This document shows, piece after piece, positions 31,706 through 40,273 of a stretch of 64,000 nucleotides of DNA. The stretch's first letter is position 1. Every line of letters begins with the position of its first letter. Under the pieces are notes generated by a model that worked only from the letters and a program-made list of their open reading frames with translations, did not search any database and was not told where the DNA came from. This DNA comes from Chloroflexota bacterium. GTDB lineage: Bacteria; Chloroflexota; UBA6077; FW602-bin22; JAMCYS01. The stretch lies in the NCBI GenBank assembly GCA_023473795.1, contig JAMCYS010000041.1, positions 14,370-78,369 of the forward strand, read 5' to 3'. Made by a program: the position numbers and the translations under genes.

Positions 31706-32740
31706 TCAGCCTCTGAGTTTGCGTCGCCAGTAGTCCAGGAGGTCGCCCATCGTCCGCTCGAACGGAATCTCCGGTTGCCAGCCGGTCTGGGCTCTGAACT
31801 TCGTGCAATCGGCCCACAGGATCTTGACGTCGGATGGCCGCAAGCGCGCGGGGTCCTGCTTGACGTCGATACGGGCGTCGGTCAGGGTGAGCAGGGTCTC
31901 CAACATCTCGCCGACCGAGCGCGTCACGCCCGAACCGATGTTGTAGACCTGACCCGTCTCTCCCTTGTCAAGCGCCAGCCAGTAGCCGCGCACCGTGTCG
32001 CGCACGTCCGTCCAGTCCCGCTTGCTCTCCAGGTCTCCAACGAACACGACTGGCGGGCGCAACGCCAGCTCGATCTCCACAATCTGCTTGGCGAAGGAAG
32101 AGGTCGCGAAGAAGTCGCCCCGCCGCGGCCCGGTGTGGTTGAAGCCACGCGTCACCACCGTGCGCAGCTTATAGCTCTTATTGTACTGCCAAGCCAGCAA
32201 TTCTTGCGCCACCTTGCTGACGGCATAAGGGCTCAGCGGCCGCAGGGCGTTGCCCTCGGTCATTGGGACCTCGTGCGGCAGAACCAAGCCATACTCTTCG
32301 CTGCTACCGGCGACGTGAATGAGGGGATCGATTCCGGCCGCTCGGACAGCCTCGAAGAGGTTGATCTGGCCAACCGTGTTGACCTGCATTGTCTCCGCCG
32401 GCATGTGCCAGGACGTGGGCACGAAACTCTGCGCCGCCAAGTGGAAAATGAAATCCGGTCGCAGGCCGGCGATGACCGATCGCATCGACCAGGCGTCAAG
32501 CAGGTCAACTTCGACCAGATTCAAAGCGCCGGCTCTAACCGAGCGGGCCACGAGATCGGGGTCAGACACCCCGGGCTGCAGCACGTTTAGATTGCCCTCT
32601 TTGCCAAGGTCCTGCAGATTCTCCATGCGGCTGCGCCACCTGTAGGTGCCGCAGACCTCGATGTCACCCCGGCTCAGGAGGTACTCCGCCAGGTGGCTGC
32701 CAGCCATACCCGTGACGCCGGTGATAAGCGCTCTAGCCAT
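31706..32740 (-). CDS. Extended SDR, GDP-mannose 4,6-dehydratase-like
   Basis: ALITGVTGMAGSHLAEYLL, catalytic GSSEEYG (Ser-x-Glu retained) and SPYAVSK (YxxxK), FNHTGPRRG, LESKRDWTDVRD. These parallel E. coli Gmd blocks. Confidence 0.65.
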   Translation of the reverse strand: MARALITGVTGMAGSHLAEYLLSRGDIEVCGTYRWRSRMENLQDLGKEGNLNVLQPGVSDPDLVARSVRAGALNLVEVDLLDAWSMRSVIAGLRPDFIFHLAAQSFVPTSWHMPAETMQVNTVGQINLFEAVRAAGIDPLIHVAGSSEEYGLVLPHEVPMTEGNALRPLSPYAVSKVAQELLAWQYNKSYKLRTVVTRGFNHTGPRRGDFFATSSFAKQIVEIELALRPPVVFVGDLESKRDWTDVRDTVRGYWLALDKGETGQVYNIGSGVTRSVGEMLETLLTLTDARIDVKQDPARLRPSDVKILWADCTKFRAQTGWQPEIPFERTMGDLLDYWRRKLRG

Positions 32741-32793
32741 TTTCTCCGACTATCCTACCTTTCCCCTAGGCGGCCACGATGGCGCGACGCCGG

Positions 32794-33906
32794 CTAGAAG
32801 GTAATGGTGCCTGGCCCTATAGATTTGCCCGGCCAGATACGAATCGCGTGCTCCATCTTGTTGTTGGCACCGACCAGGCAGTGGTCGCCGATAATCGCCC
32901 CGCCAGTGATCCAGCAGTGATCGTCAATCTGGCTGCCCTCGCCAACGACGCAGGTTTTCATAGTCACGGAGTTGCCCACCCGCGTCTCGCGCCAGATAAC
33001 CGCATCTTCGACAACCGAGTCCCTGCCTACCCGGCAGCCGTCGCCCATGACCACTGGGCCGGTGATGGTGGAGTGCGGCCCGATGGCCACGCCCTTTCCC
33101 AGCACGACCGGACTGACCAGGTGGGCCGTCGGGTCTATGTCGCATTCCGCATCGACCCACACTCCCTCCTTGAGTCGCTTGCCGGGCATCACGGTTTCGG
33201 CACGACCGGTTAGAAGATCGCGATGTAGCCCCAGGTACTTCTGCGGCGTGCCGATGTCGATCCAATAACAGTTGGAGGGGTACCCGTACATAGGATCGCC
33301 CGTTTGCAGCAGGACAGGGAAGAGGCCGTGTTCGAACATGTAGTAAAGTTTGGGCGGGACGTAGCGGAACACTTCGGGCTCGACGATATAGGTGCCTGCG
33401 TTGACTAAGTTGGTGGTGACGCGGTCCCAGGTCGGCTTCTCGATGAAGCGCTGCACCCGGCGATCATCGTCCAACTCCACCAGACCGTAGGCGGTTGGGT
33501 CCTCCACGGGCACCAAGGAGATCGTGACCATCGACTTCTTCTGTCGGTGAAACTCCAACATGGCGCCAAGGTCGAGCGAAGTGAGGATGTCACCGTTGAA
33601 GACGAAGCAGGTACCGTCGAGGTGCTGCTCCGCGTTCTTGACCGCCCCGGCGGTGCCCAGCGGCGTCTCCTCGTGGACGTACAGCAGGTTGACGCCGAAG
33701 TCACGTCCGTCGCCGAAGTGGTTGGTGATGACCTCGGATCGGTAGCCCATGCTCAGAATGACGTCGTTGATGCCGTAGCGTCGCAGGTAGTCGAGCACAT
33801 GCTCCAGGAAGGGTCGGTTCAGCACTGGGATCATAGGCTTGGGAGCGTTGACGGTGAGCGGGCGCAACCTCGTGCCTTCGCCGCCAACCAGGATGACAGC
33901 TTTCAT
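32794..33906 (-). CDS. Mannose-1-phosphate guanylyltransferase-like NDP-sugar pyrophosphorylase (NTP-transferase plus left-handed beta-helix)
   Basis: MKAVILVGGEGTRLRPLT, LGTAGA, and C-terminal hexapeptide repeats. ATG 33906 overlaps the upstream stop (ATGA). Confidence 0.8.
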   Translation of the reverse strand: MKAVILVGGEGTRLRPLTVNAPKPMIPVLNRPFLEHVLDYLRRYGINDVILSMGYRSEVITNHFGDGRDFGVNLLYVHEETPLGTAGAVKNAEQHLDGTCFVFNGDILTSLDLGAMLEFHRQKKSMVTISLVPVEDPTAYGLVELDDDRRVQRFIEKPTWDRVTTNLVNAGTYIVEPEVFRYVPPKLYYMFEHGLFPVLLQTGDPMYGYPSNCYWIDIGTPQKYLGLHRDLLTGRAETVMPGKRLKEGVWVDAECDIDPTAHLVSPVVLGKGVAIGPHSTITGPVVMGDGCRVGRDSVVEDAVIWRETRVGNSVTMKTCVVGEGSQIDDHCWITGGAIIGDHCLVGANNKMEHAIRIWPGKSIGPGTITF

Positions 33907-34853
33907 CAGCCACCTCCAGCACCAATGCGGGAACGCCAGTAGTCTAGTAGATCCCTGAGTGTACGCTCCAATGGAATGGTCGGCCGCCAGCCCACCTCCG
34001 CCTCGATCTTGGAGAAATCGCAAACCAGGTCGGGAATGTCCGAGAGACGCAGCCTAGCCGGGTCCACCTGGACATCGATCTTGGCTGGGCTCAAAGCCAG
34101 CAGCCGCTCCAGCAAAGAGGATACCGCCAGGGAGCGACCGCTGCCAATGTTGTATACCTCGCCCGGCGTGCCCTTCTGGGCCAATAGCCAGTACGCGCGC
34201 ACCACGTCACGCACATCGGTGAAATCCCGTCTAGCGTCGAGGTTGCCTACCCGCAAGACGAGTTCACGCCGACCGCCCTCGATTTCGGCGATCTGGCGTG
34301 CGAAACTGCCGGCGACGAAGAGGTCGCTCTGCCCGGGGCCCAAGTGGTTGAATGGCCGTACGCGCAGAACGGGTAGACCGTGGGTGAGAAAGTACTGGTA
34401 GGCGAGCATATCCTGCCCGATCTTGCTAACCGCGTAGGGACTGTTGGGACGAAGGGGGTTGTCTTCCTTGACGGGCAGCTCGTCGGATTTGACCAGACCG
34501 TACTCGTCCGCCGAACCCACCACCAGCAGCCGGGGCTTCAGACCCGCAGCCAACAGCGCCTCGATCAGGTAGAGCTGGGAGAGAACGTTGTTGACTACCG
34601 TACGACCGCGGTCGGCCCAGGAGACCTGCACCGCGGCCTGTGCCGCCAAGTGGAAAACAACGTCGGGGCGAAGGTCCCGCACGGCCGCGGCCACAAGATC
34701 AGGGTCGTTCAGATCGACGGCGTAGGTAGGGCAGGCTGCGCCTGGTCGTGCCGCCAGGTCAACGCCAATCACCTCCAAGCCCGGTTGAGCCAGGAGGTGA
34801 TTGATAAGGTGAGTCCCTACAAAGCCATTGCTGCCGGTAACAAGCGCCCGCAT
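33906..34853 (-). CDS. Extended SDR, GDP-4-keto-6-deoxy-D-mannose reductase (Rmd)-like
   Basis: MRALVTGSNGFVGTHLINHLL resembles Rmd N-termini. GSADEYG has Asp where the dehydratase has Glu. SPYAVSK, FNHLGPGQ. Confidence 0.6.
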   Translation of the reverse strand: MRALVTGSNGFVGTHLINHLLAQPGLEVIGVDLAARPGAACPTYAVDLNDPDLVAAAVRDLRPDVVFHLAAQAAVQVSWADRGRTVVNNVLSQLYLIEALLAAGLKPRLLVVGSADEYGLVKSDELPVKEDNPLRPNSPYAVSKIGQDMLAYQYFLTHGLPVLRVRPFNHLGPGQSDLFVAGSFARQIAEIEGGRRELVLRVGNLDARRDFTDVRDVVRAYWLLAQKGTPGEVYNIGSGRSLAVSSLLERLLALSPAKIDVQVDPARLRLSDIPDLVCDFSKIEAEVGWRPTIPLERTLRDLLDYWRSRIGAGGG

Positions 34854-34859
34854 CGACTG

Positions 34860-34888
34860 ATTATAGGTTAGCGGCCTCGCGAAGTAAA
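34860..34888 (-). promoter_or_regulatory. Promoter embedded in the metK 3' end, leaderless geometry for the Rmd-like gene
   Basis: The minus strand reads TTTACT-17 nt-TATAAT-cagtcg-ATG(34853). The metK TAA stop lies inside the -10 hexamer. Confidence 0.5.
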
Positions 34889-36087
34889 GCCACCTTGTCC
34901 GTGCGCTCCCAGGGTGCGTCGATATCGTCGCGCCCGAAGTGGCCGAAAGCTGCGGTGGCCTGGTAAACGGGCCGGCGAAGGTCCAGAGACTGGATGATGC
35001 CCGCCGGGCGTAGGTCGAAGTATTTCCGGATGAGATCCAGGATCATGTCGTCGGCCACCTTGCCGGTGCCGAAGGTCTCGATCATTATCGAGACGGGCCG
35101 GGCAACGCCGATAGCGTAGGCGATTTGAATCTCCACTCGATCCGCCAGCCCAGCCGCCACCAAGTTCTTGGCCACGTAGCGCGCGGCGTAGGCGCCCGAG
35201 CGATCCACCTTGGTGGGGTCCTTGCCGGAGAAGCAACCGCCTCCGTGGCGCGCCATTCCGCCGTACGTGTCGACTATGATTTTGCGACCGGTGAGCCCGG
35301 AGTCCCCCATCGGTCCGCCCACGGTGAATCTCCCGGTCGGGTTGACCAGAAAGCGGGTCTGCTCGTCGAGCAAGTTGGCCGGGATCACCTCGCGGATGAC
35401 CTGGCGAATGATGTCCCTTTCGATCTGGACGTGCTCGACCTCGGGGTCATGTTGCGCCGATACGACCACCGTGTCGATACGCACTGGCTTGCCGTAACTG
35501 TACTCCACCGTGACCTGCGACTTGCCATCCGGACGCAGGTACGGCAGCAAGCCACTTCTCCGCACCTGCGATAGGCGCCGGCAGAGGGCATGCGCGTAGG
35601 CGATCGGAGTGGGCATCAGTTCGGGCGTCTCGTTGCAGGCAAAGCCCACCACCATGCCTTGGTCGCCGGCTCCTATTAGCTCCAGCTCCTCGTCCGTCTT
35701 GCAGCCCGTGTCCCGGGCCTCCAGGGCGCAATCGACACCCATCTTGATATCGGGGGACTGCTCCTTGATGGAAACAACTACGCCTGAGGTTTGGGCTTCG
35801 AAGCCGTACTCGGGCTTGTTGTAGCCAATGTCGTCGATGGTCTTGCGTGCCACTTGGGCAATGTCGACGTAGCAGCCCGTGGTAATCTCGCCCATCACCA
35901 GCAGTAGGCCCGTGGTGGCCGCGCACTCGCAGGCCACGCGGGCCAGGGGGTCCTTGGCGATAATGGCATCGAGCACCGCGTCGGAGACCTGGTCGCAGAC
36001 CTTGTCCGGATGGCCCTCGGTGACGGATTCGGAAGTGAAGAGCAACTTCGGCGAGGTCATGAAGGTGCTGCTATTGCTGCCGCTCAT
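34861..36087 (-). CDS. metK: S-adenosylmethionine synthetase
   Basis: [40 protein letters not shown]-type block ([18 protein letters not shown]). Start set at ATG 36087, 8 nt after AAAGGAG. The track start 36279 overlaps ahcY. Confidence 0.95.
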   Translation of the reverse strand: MSGSNSSTFMTSPKLLFTSESVTEGHPDKVCDQVSDAVLDAIIAKDPLARVACECAATTGLLLVMGEITTGCYVDIAQVARKTIDDIGYNKPEYGFEAQTSGVVVSIKEQSPDIKMGVDCALEARDTGCKTDEELELIGAGDQGMVVGFACNETPELMPTPIAYAHALCRRLSQVRRSGLLPYLRPDGKSQVTVEYSYGKPVRIDTVVVSAQHDPEVEHVQIERDIIRQVIREVIPANLLDEQTRFLVNPTGRFTVGGPMGDSGLTGRKIIVDTYGGMARHGGGCFSGKDPTKVDRSGAYAARYVAKNLVAAGLADRVEIQIAYAIGVARPVSIMIETFGTGKVADDMILDLIRKYFDLRPAGIIQSLDLRRPVYQATAAFGHFGRDDIDAPWERTDKVALLREAANL

Positions 36088-36127
36088 CTCGATTTCTCCT
36101 TTGGCGTACGGCCACGTTGACTTGGCG

Positions 36128-37402
36128 CTAGGTGCCCGATTCCCACGAGGCGAGGTAACGCGCTTGCTCCTCCGTGAGCGTGTCGATGCGCAGGCCCATG
36201 GCGTCGAGCTTGAGGCGCGCGACCTCCCGGTCGATGTCGATCGGGACGACGCAAACCGTGTGGTTAAGACCTTGCCCATGTTTCACCAAGTACTCCACCG
36301 ACAGCGATTGGTTGGCGAAGCTCATATCCATTACTTCGGCCGGGTGACCTTCGGCGGCTGCCAGGTTGATCAGCCGGCCCTCGCCCAGCAGATATACCCG
36401 TCGACCGTCCGCGAGGACGAACTCCTCGACAAACGGCCGCATGTGGCGAGAAGAGACGGCGACCCTACGCAGGGCAGAGATGTCGATTTCGACGTTGAAG
36501 TGGCCAGAGTTGGCCAGTACGGCGCCATCGCGCAGGCGCTCGATATCCTTCTCGGAGACGGCGTGGATGTCGCCCGTGGTGGTGACGAATATCTCGCCCA
36601 CGGCGGCGGCTTCCGCCATTGGCATCACCCGGTAGCCGTCCATAACGGCTTCCAGAGCGCGCACGGGGTCCACCTCGGTAACGATCACGTGCGCGCCCAA
36701 GCCGGAGGCTCGACGGGCCACGCCGCGCCCGCACCAGCCGTAGCCGGCCACGACGAAGTTCCTGCCGGCGAGAAGCATGTTGGTCGCCCGCAGGATGCCA
36801 TCGATAGTGCTCTGCCCAGTTCCATAGCGATTGTCGAAGAAGTGTTTGGTCATCGCCTCGTTCACGGCGACGATAGGATACCGCAGGGCGCCTGCCTCTG
36901 CCATGCTGCGCAGGCGAATCACGCCCGTGGTCGTCTCCTCGGTCCCGCCCAGCACCTCCGGGAGTAGCTCGGAGCGTTTGGTGTGTAGTACTGTCACCAG
37001 GTCGGCTCCGTCGTCCATGGTCACTTGCGGATGCCGCGCCAGCGCCTGCTCGATGTGCCGGTAGTAGGTAACATCGTCCTCGCCTTTAATGGCGTACACC
37101 GAAGCCCCGTAGTCCGCCACCAGGGAAGCAGCGGCGTCGTCCTGCGTGGAAAGGGGATTGCTGGCACAGAGGGAAACCTCAGCCCCTCCAGCCTGCAGGG
37201 TGCGCACGAGGTTCGCCGTTTCGGTCGTCACGTGCAGACAGGCGGCGATGCGCAGCCCGCGCAGTGGCTGCTCCCTGGTGAAGCGCTCGCGGACCAAGCG
37301 CAAAACGGGCATGTGGGCCTCGGCCCACTCGATCTTCAGCTTGCCCAGCGACGCTAGACCCAAGTCCTTGACATCGCTCGTGGGCACCTGTATGGCACTC
37401 AT
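36128..37402 (-). CDS. ahcY: Adenosylhomocysteinase
   Basis: [36 protein letters not shown] fold [21 protein letters not shown]. Confidence 0.95.
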   Translation of the reverse strand: MSAIQVPTSDVKDLGLASLGKLKIEWAEAHMPVLRLVRERFTREQPLRGLRIAACLHVTTETANLVRTLQAGGAEVSLCASNPLSTQDDAAASLVADYGASVYAIKGEDDVTYYRHIEQALARHPQVTMDDGADLVTVLHTKRSELLPEVLGGTEETTTGVIRLRSMAEAGALRYPIVAVNEAMTKHFFDNRYGTGQSTIDGILRATNMLLAGRNFVVAGYGWCGRGVARRASGLGAHVIVTEVDPVRALEAVMDGYRVMPMAEAAAVGEIFVTTTGDIHAVSEKDIERLRDGAVLANSGHFNVEIDISALRRVAVSSRHMRPFVEEFVLADGRRVYLLGEGRLINLAAAEGHPAEVMDMSFANQSLSVEYLVKHGQGLNHTVCVVPIDIDREVARLKLDAMGLRIDTLTEEQARYLASWESGT

Positions 37403-37434
37403 TGCTGTCGTCTATCCCCCTGCAACTGTTTGCT

Positions 37435-38346
37435 CTAGTCCCGCGGAAAAGAAGTGAACTCGCTGAACTCCCGGTAGCGCTGGGCCACGGTGGCCCGGTC
37501 AAGGGTCGCCAGACAGGCCACGCCGAAGTCCTGGCAGGTGAAGGAGGCGACCACGCTGCCGTGCACCACGGCCTGCCGCAGCGCGGCTTCGTCAGGCTCG
37601 TCGGCCTGGCTAAGGTAGCCGACGAAGCCGCCGGCAAAAGTATCGCCCGCGCCTGTGGGGTCCCGCACCTCGGCCAGCGGGTAAGCCGGCGCCACGAAGT
37701 AGCCTCCCTCCGAGAACATCACCGCCCCGTGCTCGCCCTTCTTGATCACCAGCACTCGAGGACCTCTGGTCAGAACGTACCTGGCGGCTGAGATGAGGTT
37801 GTACGTACCAGCCAACTGCCTGACCTCGCCGTCGTTCATCAACACAACGTCCACCGAGCGCATGGCATCCAGCAGCTGCGGCCGCTTCCGCTCGATCCAG
37901 AAATTCATAGTGTCGAGCACCCGCAAACGGGCACCCCGCACCTGAGACAGCACCTCCAGCTGGAGCTCCGGATCGATGTTCGCCAAGAAGACGAAGGGCA
38001 CGTCGCGGTACGCCTCCGGCAGCTGCGGGTGAAACTCAGCGAACACGTTGAGTTGAGTGTCGAGCGTGTGAGCGGTGTTCAGATCGTCGTCGTAGCAGCC
38101 GGCCCAGCGGAAAGTGCGTCCGGGACGCACCTGCAGGCCCTCGGTGTTCACACCCCGGGCGGCCAACAAGGCCCTATGCTTCTCGGGGAAATCCTCGCCC
38201 ACGACGCCGACGAGATTGACCTTGCCGAAGAGGCTGGCGGCCAACGAGAAGTAGATGGCCGAGCCGCCCAGCGTTTCCGCCACCTGGCCCGACGGGGTTT
38301 CGATATTGTCAAGCCCAATCGACCCCACCACCAGAAGGTCAGCCAC
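37435..38346 (-). CDS. PfkB-family carbohydrate/nucleoside kinase (adenosine-kinase candidate)
   Basis: LLVVGSIGLDNIETP, GGSAIYFS, DPTGAGDTFAGGF (PfkB signature 2). Start set at GTG 38346, overlapping the mtnA stop. Confidence 0.75.
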   Translation of the reverse strand: MADLLVVGSIGLDNIETPSGQVAETLGGSAIYFSLAASLFGKVNLVGVVGEDFPEKHRALLAARGVNTEGLQVRPGRTFRWAGCYDDDLNTAHTLDTQLNVFAEFHPQLPEAYRDVPFVFLANIDPELQLEVLSQVRGARLRVLDTMNFWIERKRPQLLDAMRSVDVVLMNDGEVRQLAGTYNLISAARYVLTRGPRVLVIKKGEHGAVMFSEGGYFVAPAYPLAEVRDPTGAGDTFAGGFVGYLSQADEPDEAALRQAVVHGSVVASFTCQDFGVACLATLDRATVAQRYREFSEFTSFPRD

Positions 38347-39388
38347 TGCGCCTCTCCGAACCCTGGGAAGCGAATGCCCCGGCCAAGCTCCCCGCGTAAG
38401 GCGGCCGCAACACGCCCACCTCCGTGACGATGGCAGTGACGTAGCGTGCCGGCGTGACATCGAAAGCCGGGTGCGCGGCCCGTGCGCCCACCGGGGCGGT
38501 CCGCACGCCGGCAAAAGAGGCGACCTCTTCTGGGTTCCTCTGCTCGATGGGGATTTCAGCTCCAGACGTCAACTTCATGTCGACCGTAGAAAGCGGCGCC
38601 GCCACGTAGAAGGGGACGCCATTCTCTTTGGCCAGCACGGCGACCCCGTAGGTGCCGATCTTGTTAGCCACATCGCCGTTGGCGGCGATGCGATCAGCCC
38701 CGACCACCACTAGGTTCACTTGCGACTTCAGGAAGTGCCCGGCCATGCTGTCCGTGATCAGAGTGTAGGGTATACCCTCCTGCTGCAGCTCCCAGGCCGT
38801 CAGCCGTGCTCCCTGCAGAAAGGGGCGAGTCTCGTCGACGAAAACATGAACGCGCTTGCCTTGTTCGTGCGCGGCCCTCACCACGCCCAGGGCCGTACCG
38901 TAGGCGACGGTGGCCAGGCCGCCGGCGTTGCAGTGGGTGAGAATGCTGTCCCCGTCCTTTACCAAGTCGGCCCCAAAGCGACCCATGCGGCGGTTGGCTT
39001 CCTCGTCTTCCTCGGCCATATGATGTGCTTCCGCCAGCAACACCTCGCGCACGGCGGCAACATCATGTTGGGCTTCCGCTAGCCCCAGAAGGCGCTCCAA
39101 TGCCCAGGCCAGGTTCACGGCCGTCGGCCTGGTTGTCCGCAGCTCGGCCGCGGACTGCCGCAGGTCCGCGATAAGAGAGCCGGTCTCTGTTGCCGCGGAT
39201 TGTCTCGCCGCGATCGCCAGGCCGTAGGCCGCGGTAACGCCGATGGCAGGCGCGCCCCGCACGATCATCATCTTGATCGCGCGTCCTACCTCCTGGTACG
39301 TGCGGCACTCCACGACAGTCTGCTCTGCAGGCAGTCTGGTCTGGTCGATCAGGGCGAGGGCATCGCCCGCCCACCAAAGCGTCTTCAA
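38339..39388 (-). CDS. mtnA: S-methyl-5-thioribose-1-phosphate isomerase
   Basis: LALIDQTRLP, MIVRGAPAIGVTAAYG, TRPFLQGARLTAWEL, GADRIAANGDVANKIGTY. Start set at TTG 39388, 8 nt after GGAGGTG. The track start 39418 lies inside the riboswitch terminator U-tract. Confidence 0.9.
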   Translation of the reverse strand: MKTLWWAGDALALIDQTRLPAEQTVVECRTYQEVGRAIKMMIVRGAPAIGVTAAYGLAIAARQSAATETGSLIADLRQSAAELRTTRPTAVNLAWALERLLGLAEAQHDVAAVREVLLAEAHHMAEEDEEANRRMGRFGADLVKDGDSILTHCNAGGLATVAYGTALGVVRAAHEQGKRVHVFVDETRPFLQGARLTAWELQQEGIPYTLITDSMAGHFLKSQVNLVVVGADRIAANGDVANKIGTYGVAVLAKENGVPFYVAAPLSTVDMKLTSGAEIPIEQRNPEEVASFAGVRTAPVGARAAHPAFDVTPARYVTAIVTEVGVLRPPYAGSLAGAFASQGSERRSG

Positions 39389-39416
39389 CTCCCAGCCACC
39401 TCCGGCGAAATGGCAC

Positions 39417-39445
39417 AAAAAAGGCTTCTCCGAGCTTGGAGAAGC
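39417..39445 (-). terminator. Intrinsic terminator forming the expression platform of the SAM-I riboswitch
   Basis: The minus strand reads GCTTCTCC-aagctc-GGAGAAGC-C-TTTTTT. Confidence 0.75.
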
Positions 39446-39462
39446 GACTGCTTGGGCCTAAA

Positions 39463-39598
39463 CCTCTCATCTTCCAGGGCGCACAGCCTGCGACCGTACG
39501 TCCCGTCGGAATTGGCACCGTACTGCCGGTCCCCTAAAGGGCCAACACTCGGTTGCCGGGCTTCACAGGGCCAGTCCCTCCGCCACTCTGGATAAGAG
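39463..39598 (-). promoter_or_regulatory. SAM-I (S-box) riboswitch aptamer
   Basis: The minus strand reads CTCTTATCCAGAGTGGCGGAGGGACTGGCCCTGTGAAGCCCGGCAACC...ACGGTGCCAATTCC...GAAGATGAGAG. P1 is CUCUUAUC/GAUGAGAG and the conserved junction nucleotides match the Rfam RF00162 consensus as I remember it. Confidence 0.9.
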
Positions 39599-39625
39599 CG
39601 CAGCCTGTATTCAATTTTCCGCGCG

Positions 39626-39654
39626 AGTATAGCACAGCCGTTAGGCCGTGTAAA
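39626..39654 (-). promoter_or_regulatory. Promoter driving the SAM-I riboswitch operon
   Basis: The minus strand reads TTTACA (39654-39649), 17-nt spacer, TATACT (39631-39626), about 27 nt before P1. Confidence 0.6.
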
Positions 39655-39671
39655 GGGCTAGGCGTTCGCGA

Positions 39672-40193
39672 CTACACTTGCAGAAGCGTGACTACGCGAT
39701 AGTCGTCGCCTAGGTACTTGCGCCCGTCTAGGAATAGCAGCTCGATCAGGAAGGCCAGCGCCACGACGACACCACCCAACCGCCTCACCAGCTCGATCGT
39801 GGCTGCCACGGTACCCCCCGTCGCCAACAGGTCGTCGACGATCAGCACGCGTTGTCCCGGTCGGATCGCGTCTTTGTGAATCTCCAGAGTATTGGTACCG
39901 TACTCCAAAGCATACTCGACCCGCAGAGTTTCCGCCGGCAGTTTCCCCAGCTTGCGCACCGGGACAAAACCCGCTTCCAGGTTGTAGGCCAGGGGCGCGC
40001 CAAAGATGAAGCCGCGCGATTCCATGCCCACAACCAAATCGACCTTATCCCGGCGGAACTCTTCCGTCAGGCGTTCGATGGTCGCGTGAAAGGCCCCGGG
40101 ATCCTTCAGAAGGGTAGTGATATCCTTGAAGAGTATTCCCTTCTTGGGGAAATCCGGGACGTCCCTAATGTATTTCGCGAGGTCCTCGTTCAT
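39672..40193 (-). CDS. apt: Adenine phosphoribosyltransferase
   Basis: [21 protein letters not shown], and the PRPP loop [13 protein letters not shown]. Confidence 0.93.
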   Translation of the reverse strand: MNEDLAKYIRDVPDFPKKGILFKDITTLLKDPGAFHATIERLTEEFRRDKVDLVVGMESRGFIFGAPLAYNLEAGFVPVRKLGKLPAETLRVEYALEYGTNTLEIHKDAIRPGQRVLIVDDLLATGGTVAATIELVRRLGGVVVALAFLIELLFLDGRKYLGDDYRVVTLLQV

Positions 40194-40243
40194 GCGCGGG
40201 TCACTCCAGATAGCGAAGTCCGGCCGGCACGGTGGCGCCGGCC

Positions 40244-40273
40244 ACTATAGCACTGGCTCGCGGCAGGTGTCAA
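40244..40273 (-). promoter_or_regulatory. Promoter for apt, with its -35 overlapping the mfd stop codon
   Basis: The minus strand reads TTGACA (40273-40268), 18-nt spacer, TATAGT (40249-40244). Confidence 0.55.
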
